A program made the position numbers and the translations under genes. The notes under the pieces were generated by a model. The model ran no database searches and was not told the DNA's origin. It saw only the letters and a program-made list of their open reading frames with translations. A stretch of 64,000 nucleotides of DNA from an uncultured Bacteroidota bacterium (GTDB lineage: Bacteria > Bacteroidota > Bacteroidia > Bacteroidales > UBA10428): assembly GCA_963733535.1 (NCBI GenBank), contig CAVTDR010000006.1:1926775-1990774 (forward strand), written 5' to 3'. This document shows, one piece after another, positions 31,785-39,786 of this stretch; position 1 is the first letter of the stretch; every line of letters begins with the position of its first letter.

Positions 31785-32669
31785 ATGATAAAGAAAGCAG
31801 TAATTCCCGCAGCCGGCTTTGGAACCCGGTTTCTTCCCGCAACTAAGGCTCAGCCTAAAGAAATGCTTCCCATAATTGATACACCTACGATTCAATATGT
31901 TGTGCAGGAATGTGTGGATGCAGGTATTGAGGATATCCTGATTATTTCAGGAAAAGGAAAGCGTTCTATTGAAGATCACTTCGACAGAAATTTTGAACTC
32001 GAATCCCGTATTATGGAGCAGGAGGATGAGGCACTGTATACACAACTGAAGCATATAGAATCCATGGCCAATATCCATTTCATCCGGCAAAAAGAGTTAA
32101 ATGGACTTGGTGATGCCATTTATCATGCACGGTTTCATTGTGCCCACGAGCCTTTTGCTGTTCTTTTGGGAGATACCGTAATAGATTCTGTAATTCCGGT
32201 AACCCAACAAATGATTGATTCATACGAACAATTTGGCCAAACGGTGATTGCGGTTGAAACCGTTCCTTTAGAAAAGGTTTCAAGATATGGCATTGTGGGT
32301 GGAAATTATTTAAGTGCAAAGGTATTGCAATTAAATCAGCTGATAGAAAAGCCTGAGCCTGCCCAGGCTCCTTCTAATCTGGCTATAGCCGGTCGTTATA
32401 TTCTGACACCCGAGATATTCAGGGCATTAGAAAAAACTCCCCGTGGTAAAGGAAACGAAATTCAGTTAACCGATGCACTGCGAATTTTGCTGAAAGAAGA
32501 AGGCATTATTGCCACTATTATCGAAGGCAAACGGTATGATATTGGAAGTAAAATGGATTTTTTGAAAACTACAGTCGAGTTTGCCCTCAAACGCAAAGAA
32601 TTTGCCAAAGGATTTGAGGAATTTTTAAGAGAAACCGTGAAGCGCCTGGATGAAAAGGGGAAGATGTAG
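31785..32669 (+). CDS. galU: UTP--glucose-1-phosphate uridylyltransferase
   Basis: KAVIPAAGFGTRFLPATKAQPKEMLPI ... GLGDAI ... RYDIG. Confidence 0.9.
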   Translation: MIKKAVIPAAGFGTRFLPATKAQPKEMLPIIDTPTIQYVVQECVDAGIEDILIISGKGKRSIEDHFDRNFELESRIMEQEDEALYTQLKHIESMANIHFIRQKELNGLGDAIYHARFHCAHEPFAVLLGDTVIDSVIPVTQQMIDSYEQFGQTVIAVETVPLEKVSRYGIVGGNYLSAKVLQLNQLIEKPEPAQAPSNLAIAGRYILTPEIFRALEKTPRGKGNEIQLTDALRILLKEEGIIATIIEGKRYDIGSKMDFLKTTVEFALKRKEFAKGFEEFLRETVKRLDEKGKM

Positions 32670-32690
32670 TGAGCCGTATAAGGAATGATT

Positions 32691-32733
32691 ATACTGGATA
32701 TTGGATACTGGATACTGGATGTGTGGATGTGAG
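32691..32733. repeat. tandem 7-bp repeat array (CTGGATA-type), left arm of an inverted repeat bracketing tRNA-Ser
   Basis: ctggata ttggata ctggata ctggatg tgtg. Its reverse complement matches 33239-33263 apart from one extra heptad. Confidence 0.85.
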
Positions 32734-32878
32734 AATTAGAGTCTGGGTGTGATTGTACACACACGTTCCACCTCACCCACACAGCAAGTATCCAGAATCT
32801 AGCATCTAGCATCTAGTATCTTATCGATTACCGATTCTTACTGCTCATCACTACCCTTGGTATTTATATTTGAAATAG

Positions 32879-32886
32879 TATATTTG
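32879..32886 (+). promoter_or_regulatory. candidate -7 promoter box (TATATTTG) for tRNA-Ser
   Basis: TAnnTTTG consensus 13 nt upstream of the tRNA 5' end. A second TATATTTG lies 14 nt further upstream. Confidence 0.4.
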
Positions 32887-32898
32887 CATTCCAAATTA

Positions 32899-32985
32899 GG
32901 AGAGGTGCCAGAGTGGTCGATCGGGGCAGTCTCGAAAACTGTTGAACCCTTCGGGGTTCCGGGGGTTCGAATCCCCCCCTCTCCG
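32899..32985 (+). tRNA. tRNA-Ser (anticodon CGA)
   Basis: Hand-folded. Acceptor GGAGAGG/CCTCTCC, anticodon stem GCAGT/ACTGT with loop CTCGAAA, long variable arm TGAACCCTTCGGGGTTCC, and T-arm GGGGG-TTCGAAT-CCCCC. CCA is not encoded. Confidence 0.9.
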
Positions 32986-33052
32986 CAAAAGAATGAATAT
33001 CCCGGGCGAAGCCACCAGCGCGAAGCGATGGTCGGGATATTCATTCTTTTGC
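32985..33052. repeat. perfect 20-bp inverted repeat (long hairpin) abutting the tRNA 3' end
   Basis: gcaaaagaatgaatatcccg (32985-33004) pairs with cgggatattcattcttttgc (33033-33052). The loop contains the GCGAAGC mini-hairpin. No T-run follows, so it is not a canonical terminator. Confidence 0.8.
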
Positions 33053-33238
33053 TGGGACCTCCCCTTCAGGGATCACGCAGTAATCCTAAACCCGAACTCA
33101 AGCTTGCTTGAAAGTTCGGGTTTAAATTTAAAATACCACCAGCGCAAAGCGTGTGGTGGTTAAAATAGCAGGGGTTTTTGGGACAATTGGGACAGATACT
33201 TGATGTGTGTGTCAGTATGGACCGCCACACTCAACACT

Positions 33239-33263
33239 CACACATCCAGTATCCAATATCCAG
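33239..33263. repeat. heptad array (TATCCAG-type), right arm of the inverted repeat and left flank of the IS110-type insertion
   Basis: cacacatccagtatccaatatccag. The array continues on the far side of the IS at 34929-34956. Confidence 0.85.
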
Positions 33264-33334
33264 CTTACTATATTGCAGAATAAAAAAAGACTGCTAAGTT
33301 TGATTTGACTTAAGAATCTAAAATAGCAGTCTTT

Positions 33335-34591
33335 ATGAAAAATAAACAGTACAAATTTATAAAAGTAAACGGAAAAACTTTGATAGTTGGAATCGACATC
33401 GGTAAAAGCAATCATTACGGCTTTTTCTTAACATTGAGTTATGAATCAGCAAAGAGCTTTCAGTTCTCCAACACAAGAGAAGGATTTAATTTGTTAATAG
33501 GTAAAATAAACAGATTTACAAAGGTTAACGATATTGAAAATGTAGTAATCGCAGTAGAGTCAACAGGAAATTACTGGCTCCCATTGGCATATTACATTCA
33601 TAACAATACAAATTACTCCCTCGTGCAGGTTAATGGAAAGCATACTAAACGATTCAAAGATGTAACAGACAATACCCCTAATAAAACAGATCATAAAGAT
33701 CCCAAAGTAATCGCTCAAGTAGTTCTTATTGGAAGCAGCCTAAGGGTAAATCTGCCTCAAGGGGTAAAGGCGAATGTGAGAGAGTTAACACGTTCCAGAA
33801 AAGCTTTGCAGGCTGACCGTAAAAGGGTTGTGAACCGTATACATGCTATTTTGTCTTTATACTTTCCAGAATATTTAGATTTGTTTAAAGACATTAGTTG
33901 CAAAACCAGTACATTTTTACTAAAAAACCATCCAAGTCCAGGGAGTATTATAAAGCTAGGTCTGGAGCCATTGATAAAAGAACTCCAAAAAATAAGCAGG
34001 GGAAGATGTAATATAAAAAAAGCTGAAGAGCTTATTACAGCTGCTTTTAATACTATTGGAGTTAGAGATGGGCTTGAATCCTATCAGAGCATGGTTTTAG
34101 CATATATTGTTCAAATAGAGTTGTTTGACACACAAATGTCAGCTGTTGAGAATCAGATCAAAGCATCATTGGCTTCCCTGGAAGAATATTATATTCTCAG
34201 AACCATAAAAGGGATAGGTGATATTACCATAGCAACAATTATTTCTGAGATCGGAGAATTTAGCCAATTCAAGACAAACAAAGAACTACTTAAGTTTGGA
34301 GGACTAAATTTGATTGAAAACAGTTCAGGTAACCATAGAGGTAACAGAAGAATATCAAAAGTAGGCAATGAGCATTTACGTACCAGTTTATATTTTCTTG
34401 CCTTGCGAATGGTTAAGAAGGGGGGTATTTACCATGAACAATACACAATGTATGTGAATAAAGGAATGGAAAAGAAAAAGGCAATTATTGCTATATCACG
34501 CAAATTGTTACGAACGATCCATTCCTTAATTAAGAACAATCAAGCATTTGATTACGAGCATAAAATACAATACATAAAAACTGCAGCATGA
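33335..34591 (+). CDS. IS110-family transposase (DEDD RuvC-like N-domain + Transposase_20 C-domain)
   Basis: VGIDIGKSNH, VAVESTGNYW and IKGIGDITIATIISEIGEFSQF...LIENSSGNHRGNRRISKVGNEHLR. Confidence 0.9.
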   Translation: MKNKQYKFIKVNGKTLIVGIDIGKSNHYGFFLTLSYESAKSFQFSNTREGFNLLIGKINRFTKVNDIENVVIAVESTGNYWLPLAYYIHNNTNYSLVQVNGKHTKRFKDVTDNTPNKTDHKDPKVIAQVVLIGSSLRVNLPQGVKANVRELTRSRKALQADRKRVVNRIHAILSLYFPEYLDLFKDISCKTSTFLLKNHPSPGSIIKLGLEPLIKELQKISRGRCNIKKAEELITAAFNTIGVRDGLESYQSMVLAYIVQIELFDTQMSAVENQIKASLASLEEYYILRTIKGIGDITIATIISEIGEFSQFKTNKELLKFGGLNLIENSSGNHRGNRRISKVGNEHLRTSLYFLALRMVKKGGIYHEQYTMYVNKGMEKKKAIIAISRKLLRTIHSLIKNNQAFDYEHKIQYIKTAA

Positions 34592-34600
34592 TTTTGGTAC

Positions 34601-34676
34601 GGCAAAGGGAAGCATCTCTGGATACTTTAAGGCTTTTTTAAAGACCTTCTGCCCCAGCTTTAAGGCTCCCTTTGTC
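34601..34676 (+). ncRNA. candidate bridge/seek-RNA target-binding stem-loop of the IS110-type element
   Basis: A 10-bp stem (ggcaaaggga / tccctttgtc, one G-U pair) starts 10 nt after the stop codon. The loop contains ctggatact (34618-34626), the reverse complement of the right junction agtatccag. It also contains ccagctt (34654-34660), identical to the left junction at 33260-33266. Confidence 0.4.
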
Positions 34677-34928
34677 GGCCTTGATATAGTCTCGATTAAG
34701 TAAGAATATGGCCAATCAGGACCATCAAAATATTAGTATTAGACGATCTTGGCTTCCATTAAAAGCTGTTGTTTTAAACAAAAATTAGTCTTATGAACAA
34801 AAGAAAAAAGTAGCAAAAAAGAAAAGTGTTAATACCCAGAATAACTCTCCGTAAACTACGAGTTATTTCCAGGTATTAACACTATTACATCAAAATATAT
34901 TCAATTAAACTTGTCTAAGTTAAATTAG

Positions 34929-34956
34929 TATCCAGTATCCAGTATCCAGTATCCAT
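34929..34956. repeat. tandem heptad array TATCCAG x3 + TATCCAT (right flank of the IS)
   Basis: Read directly: tatccag tatccag tatccag tatccat. Confidence 0.9.
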
Positions 34957-34970
34957 TATTCCTCATAGTT

Positions 34971-35360
34971 TCACTGCCGATCGTCCTCATTTTCTTCAAG
35001 GGAGTTGTGGTTGTCTCCACCAATACTGTAATGGTTGTTCTCTTCATCCTCGCTGCCTATGACTTCCTGGTCATCATCGAGTTCGGCCCCGGGGATATCG
35101 AGATCTCCTCCAGAACGTATAATATCTTTATCAAGATCCATGGCTACATCATCAAGCGTATCGAACTCTTTCACAGTTTTAGGATCTTCAGGATTCAATT
35201 CCTTTTCTTCATGGAATTGCCGGTAAATATCTTCAGTGGGAGGATATTCGGGATATCCTTCATTTATATCATCGGGTTGCCGGTTCTTTCTCCATGCATG
35301 TCTGATTTTACGGTTTTCTATCACTCTCCTTAACTGCTGTGAATTTCCGGTTCTTTTCAT
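34971..35360 (-). CDS. hypothetical highly acidic protein
   Basis: 129-aa ORF with a basic N-terminus and a D/E-rich remainder. No recognisable domain. Confidence 0.5.
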   Translation of the reverse strand: MKRTGNSQQLRRVIENRKIRHAWRKNRQPDDINEGYPEYPPTEDIYRQFHEEKELNPEDPKTVKEFDTLDDVAMDLDKDIIRSGGDLDIPGAELDDDQEVIGSEDEENNHYSIGGDNHNSLEENEDDRQ

Positions 35361-35634
35361 GACTTAAGAATTTTGTTACTAATTGAAATTTTCACATAAA
35401 GGGATTATGAATGCATTTTTTACGCTTTATTACTCCCTGTATATATAACAATTTACTCCCGGGATTAATTGCAGTATTAGCCAATTTATTTTTAAAGCAG
35501 GTCGATTCTAAAGTCCCCGTCTTTATTCACTTCTCTCATATAATCATTTATTTAGTAGCATAATTCCCGAAAATTTAATTTATTTGCCATTCAAATCCCA
35601 AGTAAAACACGGTATAGCCTAACTACATTAAACC

Positions 35635-36102
35635 ATGGAAAAAGCGATTATTAACAATTATGATGAATTTGCTGCATATCAGGGGAAAACAATCGGAATA
35701 TCTGATTATATACAAATTACCCAGGATCAGATTAATTTATTTGCCGATGCCACCCTCGATCACCAATGGATTCATGTGGATGTGGAAAGGGCTAAACGCG
35801 AAAGCCCCTTTAAATCAACAATTGCCCATGGTTATCTGAGCTTATCTCTACTTCCTCATCTCTGGTTCCAGATTACCCAGGTGAATAACATCAAACTTCT
35901 GGTGAATTATGGGATTGAAAAACTGAAATTCAATCAGGCTGTTCTGGTGAATAACGAAGTGAGACTGGTGGCAAAACTAGCCCGAATTGTTAATTTAAGA
36001 GGTATTACCAAGGCTGAAATTGATGTGGTACTTGAAATTAAGGATAACGCCAAGCCAGCCTTTGAAGGTACCATGATATTCCTGTATCACTTTATTTCCT
36101 GA
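35635..36102 (+). CDS. MaoC-like (R)-hydratase / hot-dog fold dehydratase
   Basis: QINLFADATLDHQWIHVDVERAKRESPFKSTIAHGYLSLSLL is the typical MaoC dehydratase motif. Confidence 0.8.
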   Translation: MEKAIINNYDEFAAYQGKTIGISDYIQITQDQINLFADATLDHQWIHVDVERAKRESPFKSTIAHGYLSLSLLPHLWFQITQVNNIKLLVNYGIEKLKFNQAVLVNNEVRLVAKLARIVNLRGITKAEIDVVLEIKDNAKPAFEGTMIFLYHFIS

Positions 36103-36172
36103 TTTGTTTGAAATAATTGTCGTAATTTTGTTGAAATAGTACAACCATTGTGTTGTTTATCAATGAAATGTT

Positions 36173-37366
36173 ATGGCAGATTTCCACATCAATAAGGTTC
36201 CCACATTTTCATTGTTGCAGCATGAAAGCTGTGTCGATATGGAGGCTAAAATACTCCAGGCATGTGGACGTGTTCCTGTTGGTGTACTCATTCCCGCCTT
36301 ATTCAGCGATCTTTCCAGCGAAGCAATGCGGAATATTATTCAGGTGCTTTCAGATACCCAATATATCCGCAAGGTATATATTTCTCTGGATAAAGCCAAC
36401 CTTGAAGAATATGAAAGAGCCAGGGAAATTGTTGCTCCCTTAGGAGCAAAAGCTTCACTGGTATGGAACGATAAACCCGAAGTTCTTGAAGTCATCGACC
36501 GCATTGAAAAACAGTTGCCTTTGGGTAGCAGAGGCAAGGGGAGGGCTGTATGGACCTGTCTGGGATATGTGATTGGCAAAGCAGAGGTATCAGCAATTGC
36601 GTTTCATGATGCGGATATCGTTACCTATGAAAGGGATTTTTTAACCCGCCTGTTATTTCCCCTCATGTATATGCGCTTTCAATTTGTAAAGGGCTATTAT
36701 GTGCGCTACGATAAAAAACTTTATGGAAGAGTATCCCGACTTTTCTATTTTCCGTTGGTCAGGACACTGAAAGATATGTTCGGAAGCACAGAGTTTCTGG
36801 ATTATATGGGCGATTTTCGATATCCACTTTCAGGAGAATTTGCCACCTATACAAGTCAGGCCCGGATGATACAGTTCCCTTCCGACTGGGGAATTGAAGT
36901 GGGCTTATTGGGCGAGATTTACCGGTTGGTGCGTGAATCCCGAATCTGTCAGATTGAATTAACAAGTCGTTACGATCATAAACATCAGTCAGTTGGATCT
37001 GAAAGGGAAAAAGGACTGTACAAAATGGCCTCCGATATTGCACGTACTTTTTTTACCCATTTGGCCAGTAATGGAGTATCGCTGAATACTGAAATTTTCA
37101 GATCTATCCGGCTTACATACCTGAAACATGCCCGTGAAATGGTGGGTATTTATGAATCACTTGCAGAAATGTACGAACGACGTATTTCTTTTGATTTTCA
37201 TGAAGAGCTGAAAACAGTTGAGACTTTTGCCAGTGCAATTGATTCAGGGGTTCTGGATTTTTGCGACCAGCATTTTGGTTCGCCATTGATACCCGACTGG
37301 AAAAGAGTAGAATCGGCCATCGATGGTATTCTGGGCGATCTGGTAACCGCTGTTGAGTTAACCTGA
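36173..37366 (+). CDS. GT-A fold glycosyltransferase (glucosyl/mannosyl-3-phosphoglycerate synthase-like)
   Basis: VGVLIPA... and a DxD-type motif (AFHDADIV), about 390 aa. The family call is tentative. The start may be the internal MEAKIL Met. Confidence 0.6.
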   Translation: MADFHINKVPTFSLLQHESCVDMEAKILQACGRVPVGVLIPALFSDLSSEAMRNIIQVLSDTQYIRKVYISLDKANLEEYERAREIVAPLGAKASLVWNDKPEVLEVIDRIEKQLPLGSRGKGRAVWTCLGYVIGKAEVSAIAFHDADIVTYERDFLTRLLFPLMYMRFQFVKGYYVRYDKKLYGRVSRLFYFPLVRTLKDMFGSTEFLDYMGDFRYPLSGEFATYTSQARMIQFPSDWGIEVGLLGEIYRLVRESRICQIELTSRYDHKHQSVGSEREKGLYKMASDIARTFFTHLASNGVSLNTEIFRSIRLTYLKHAREMVGIYESLAEMYERRISFDFHEELKTVETFASAIDSGVLDFCDQHFGSPLIPDWKRVESAIDGILGDLVTAVELT

Positions 37367-37374
37367 TTCATTGT

Positions 37375-37695
37375 ATGAGCTGGATATATCTGTTGATAGC
37401 CGGAATTTTCGAGATTGGTTGGCCATTGGGCTTTAAACTCTCCCAAACAACTTCCAACCGCTTTTTTTGGATTGCTTTTGCTGTAGTTTCAATGGCTCTC
37501 AGTGGATTATTCCTTTGGATGGCTCAAAAAACCATTCCAATAGGTACGGCATATGCTGTGTGGACAGGCATTGGAGCCACAGGCACTTTGCTGATAGGAA
37601 TAATCTTCTTTCAAGATCCGGCAAACCTTGGCCGGCTGTTTTTTGCTTCTCTAATTATTATCGGCATCATAGGAATCAAATTCCAATCTGCTTAA
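37375..37695 (+). CDS. sugE: SMR-family small multidrug/guanidinium exporter (SugE/Gdx-like)
   Basis: 106 aa with four transmembrane segments: MSWIYLLIAGIFEIGWP...GTAYAVWTGIGA. The conserved membrane Glu is in helix 1. Confidence 0.85.
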   Translation: MSWIYLLIAGIFEIGWPLGFKLSQTTSNRFFWIAFAVVSMALSGLFLWMAQKTIPIGTAYAVWTGIGATGTLLIGIIFFQDPANLGRLFFASLIIIGIIGIKFQSA

Positions 37696-37816
37696 ATCCA
37701 TATCGGGACATCAATCCTCTATTTCATATGTTCAAAGCCCATAATGATCACTTTGAAATGAGTTTACATTGTCTTTTTTTACTACTTTTGAAACCTGAGT
37801 TTTAAAAACAACAAAG

Positions 37817-39778
37817 TTGAAGAAATTCGTCCTTTCCATTACCTGGATACAGTTGATCCTACTGTTTTCCGTTCCTGTATCGGCACAATTCCAACCTACA
37901 GAAGTAGTCCGTTCCCAGGAAAAGACATTGGTAGATGGCAAAATCTACTATATTCATACGGTTATAAAAGGCCAGACTGCCTATTCTATCAGTAAGGCAT
38001 ATGAAGTTACCCTTGATGAACTTAAAGCAGCCAATCCCGGTATTGATATACTGCACCTGGCTGAAGGTCTTGCTTTGCGAATACCAGATAACCGCTCGAA
38101 ACAAGCAGTTGCATATCCACAGAATAAAGAGGACTTTATTGCCCATGTAGTCCGTAAAAAGGATACTGTATATTCTCTTGCAAAAAAATACAAAATCGAT
38201 GAAGAGGTTATCTACCACTATAATCCATGGGCCCGGGAAGGAATCAAACAGGATCAGACTCTTTGGATACCTAAAAACAAAGAGATTTCGGTTTTTCAGG
38301 AACCGGCTGTAGCAAACGATCAGTTTTTTCTCTATACGGTAAAAGAAAAGGATACTCTTTATTCCATTGCCCGTTCATTTGGTGTGGATATAGCCGAAAT
38401 TTTCAATACCAATCCGGAATTGAGAAACGGACTCAAACCAGGTCAGGTATTGCGAATTAAAAAACCAACCACTGTAGATCCGCTTTATCCATCCGATTCT
38501 GTTCTGGTAGCTGAAATGCCCTGTACTTCGCCTTTGTATCCTGAAACGTATCATGTAGCCCTTTTACTTCCGTTATATGCCAGCTTTAATATTGATGATA
38601 TGGCTGCTCCGGATAGTTTAGCAGAAGAAGGTACTGTAATTCCCATGCAACGGCAAATGGGATTAAGAGGAAGAAATTTCGCAGAGTTTTACGAAGGATT
38701 TATGCTGGCACTCGATTCCCTGAAAGGAACCGGATTATCCGTTAATCTTCAGGTTTTTGATACTGAACGCGATACAAACCGGATAAAGAAATATATGCGG
38801 GAACTCGCACCCCTGAATCCAGATCTTATCATCGGTCCTGTATTTTCAAATGATGTGAATATCGCCGGTCGCATGGCCCGCAATAAAGATTTTTTTGTAG
38901 TATCTCCATTATCGGCACGTCCGGTTTTGGTGAACAATAATCCGAATATTATTCAAATTATTCCACCCCGGCAAGCTGAGAGCTATGCATTGGCCAATTA
39001 TCTCAGAACCTTCAAACAGGGGAAAATCATTCTCATCAGAGATATGGACAGTGTTTCCACCAATAACAGTTTACGATTTAAGAATTATATAACCTCTCAT
39101 ATGCCTGTTAATGAGAGTGGACTGCCCCTTCACTTCGTTTCTGTGCGGTTAAACGACAGCCTTTATCAGAATCTTTCAAAAATTCTTTCCAAAGAAGAAG
39201 ATAATCTGGTTGTGGTATTTTCTGATAATGAAGCCATGGTGAATATATTGGTATCACGTTTAATTCAACGGTCATCCATGTATACCATCCAGCTTTTTGG
39301 TATGCCTTCATGGCAAACATGGACCAATATCGATCTTTCCTTTTTCCACTCGCTCCAGCTTCATGTGATCACACCTTTTTATACCGATTATAGCAATCCG
39401 GCAGTAAAAAAATTCCTCGCTAAATCGCGTGCGGTTTATGGGTATGAACCTTTTGAAATTGGCCCGTTGGGATACAATTTCAGTATGCTGGGATATGATA
39501 TCGGAAGTTATTTTTTATCCGCGCTTCAGCAATATGGTAAAAACTTCCGCAGTTGTATCAATGAAGTAAGCGCCAATCAGTTGCTCACTCATTTTCATTT
39601 TAGAAAGACGCTGCAAGGCGGTTTTGTAAACAATAGCTTTAGCGTGGTTCTGTATAAAAGCGATTTTTCAGTAGAACGCGTTGCTATTGTGAAGGGAGAA
39701 TCAGAATTTCCTCCTGTAGTACCTGTGATTTCTCCCACGCCTGGAGATATTGTTCCACTGCCCTTGCCTTTACCCTGA
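37817..39778 (+). CDS. LysM-repeat protein fused to a type-1 periplasmic-binding-protein-like domain
   Basis: TTG start followed by a signal peptide. Three LysM motifs (YIHTVIKGQTAYSISKAY..., HVVRKKDTVYSLAKKY..., YTVKEKDTLYSIARSF...), then a PBP1-like region of about 400 aa. Confidence 0.8.
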   Translation: MKKFVLSITWIQLILLFSVPVSAQFQPTEVVRSQEKTLVDGKIYYIHTVIKGQTAYSISKAYEVTLDELKAANPGIDILHLAEGLALRIPDNRSKQAVAYPQNKEDFIAHVVRKKDTVYSLAKKYKIDEEVIYHYNPWAREGIKQDQTLWIPKNKEISVFQEPAVANDQFFLYTVKEKDTLYSIARSFGVDIAEIFNTNPELRNGLKPGQVLRIKKPTTVDPLYPSDSVLVAEMPCTSPLYPETYHVALLLPLYASFNIDDMAAPDSLAEEGTVIPMQRQMGLRGRNFAEFYEGFMLALDSLKGTGLSVNLQVFDTERDTNRIKKYMRELAPLNPDLIIGPVFSNDVNIAGRMARNKDFFVVSPLSARPVLVNNNPNIIQIIPPRQAESYALANYLRTFKQGKIILIRDMDSVSTNNSLRFKNYITSHMPVNESGLPLHFVSVRLNDSLYQNLSKILSKEEDNLVVVFSDNEAMVNILVSRLIQRSSMYTIQLFGMPSWQTWTNIDLSFFHSLQLHVITPFYTDYSNPAVKKFLAKSRAVYGYEPFEIGPLGYNFSMLGYDIGSYFLSALQQYGKNFRSCINEVSANQLLTHFHFRKTLQGGFVNNSFSVVLYKSDFSVERVAIVKGESEFPPVVPVISPTPGDIVPLPLPLP

Positions 39779-39786
39779 TCTGAAGT

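Larger units (their letters stand above)
33264..34928 (+). mobile_element. IS110-family insertion sequence (IS1111-like layout: short 5' ncr, about 337-bp 3' ncr)
   Basis: It interrupts a TATCCAG heptad array between ...atatccag and tatccagtatccag. Boundaries are ambiguous by the shared AG. It encodes one DEDD/Transposase_20 recombinase. Confidence 0.75.

Noticed and set aside
32691-34956. Possible CRISPR array suggested by short tandem and interspersed repeats near the tRNA
   Set aside because: The repeats are 7-bp tandem units with no spacers of regular length. There are no 25-40-bp repeat/spacer periodicity and no cas genes in the window.
36150-36443. ORF 36150-36443 overlapping the start of the glycosyltransferase gene
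   Set aside because: It lies in a different frame from the 397-aa ORF that carries the GT-like motifs. It has no signal of its own.
37367-37374. A guanidine riboswitch upstream of the SugE/Gdx-like gene
   Set aside because: Only 8 nt separate it from the preceding gene, leaving no room for a riboswitch. It is probably co-transcribed.
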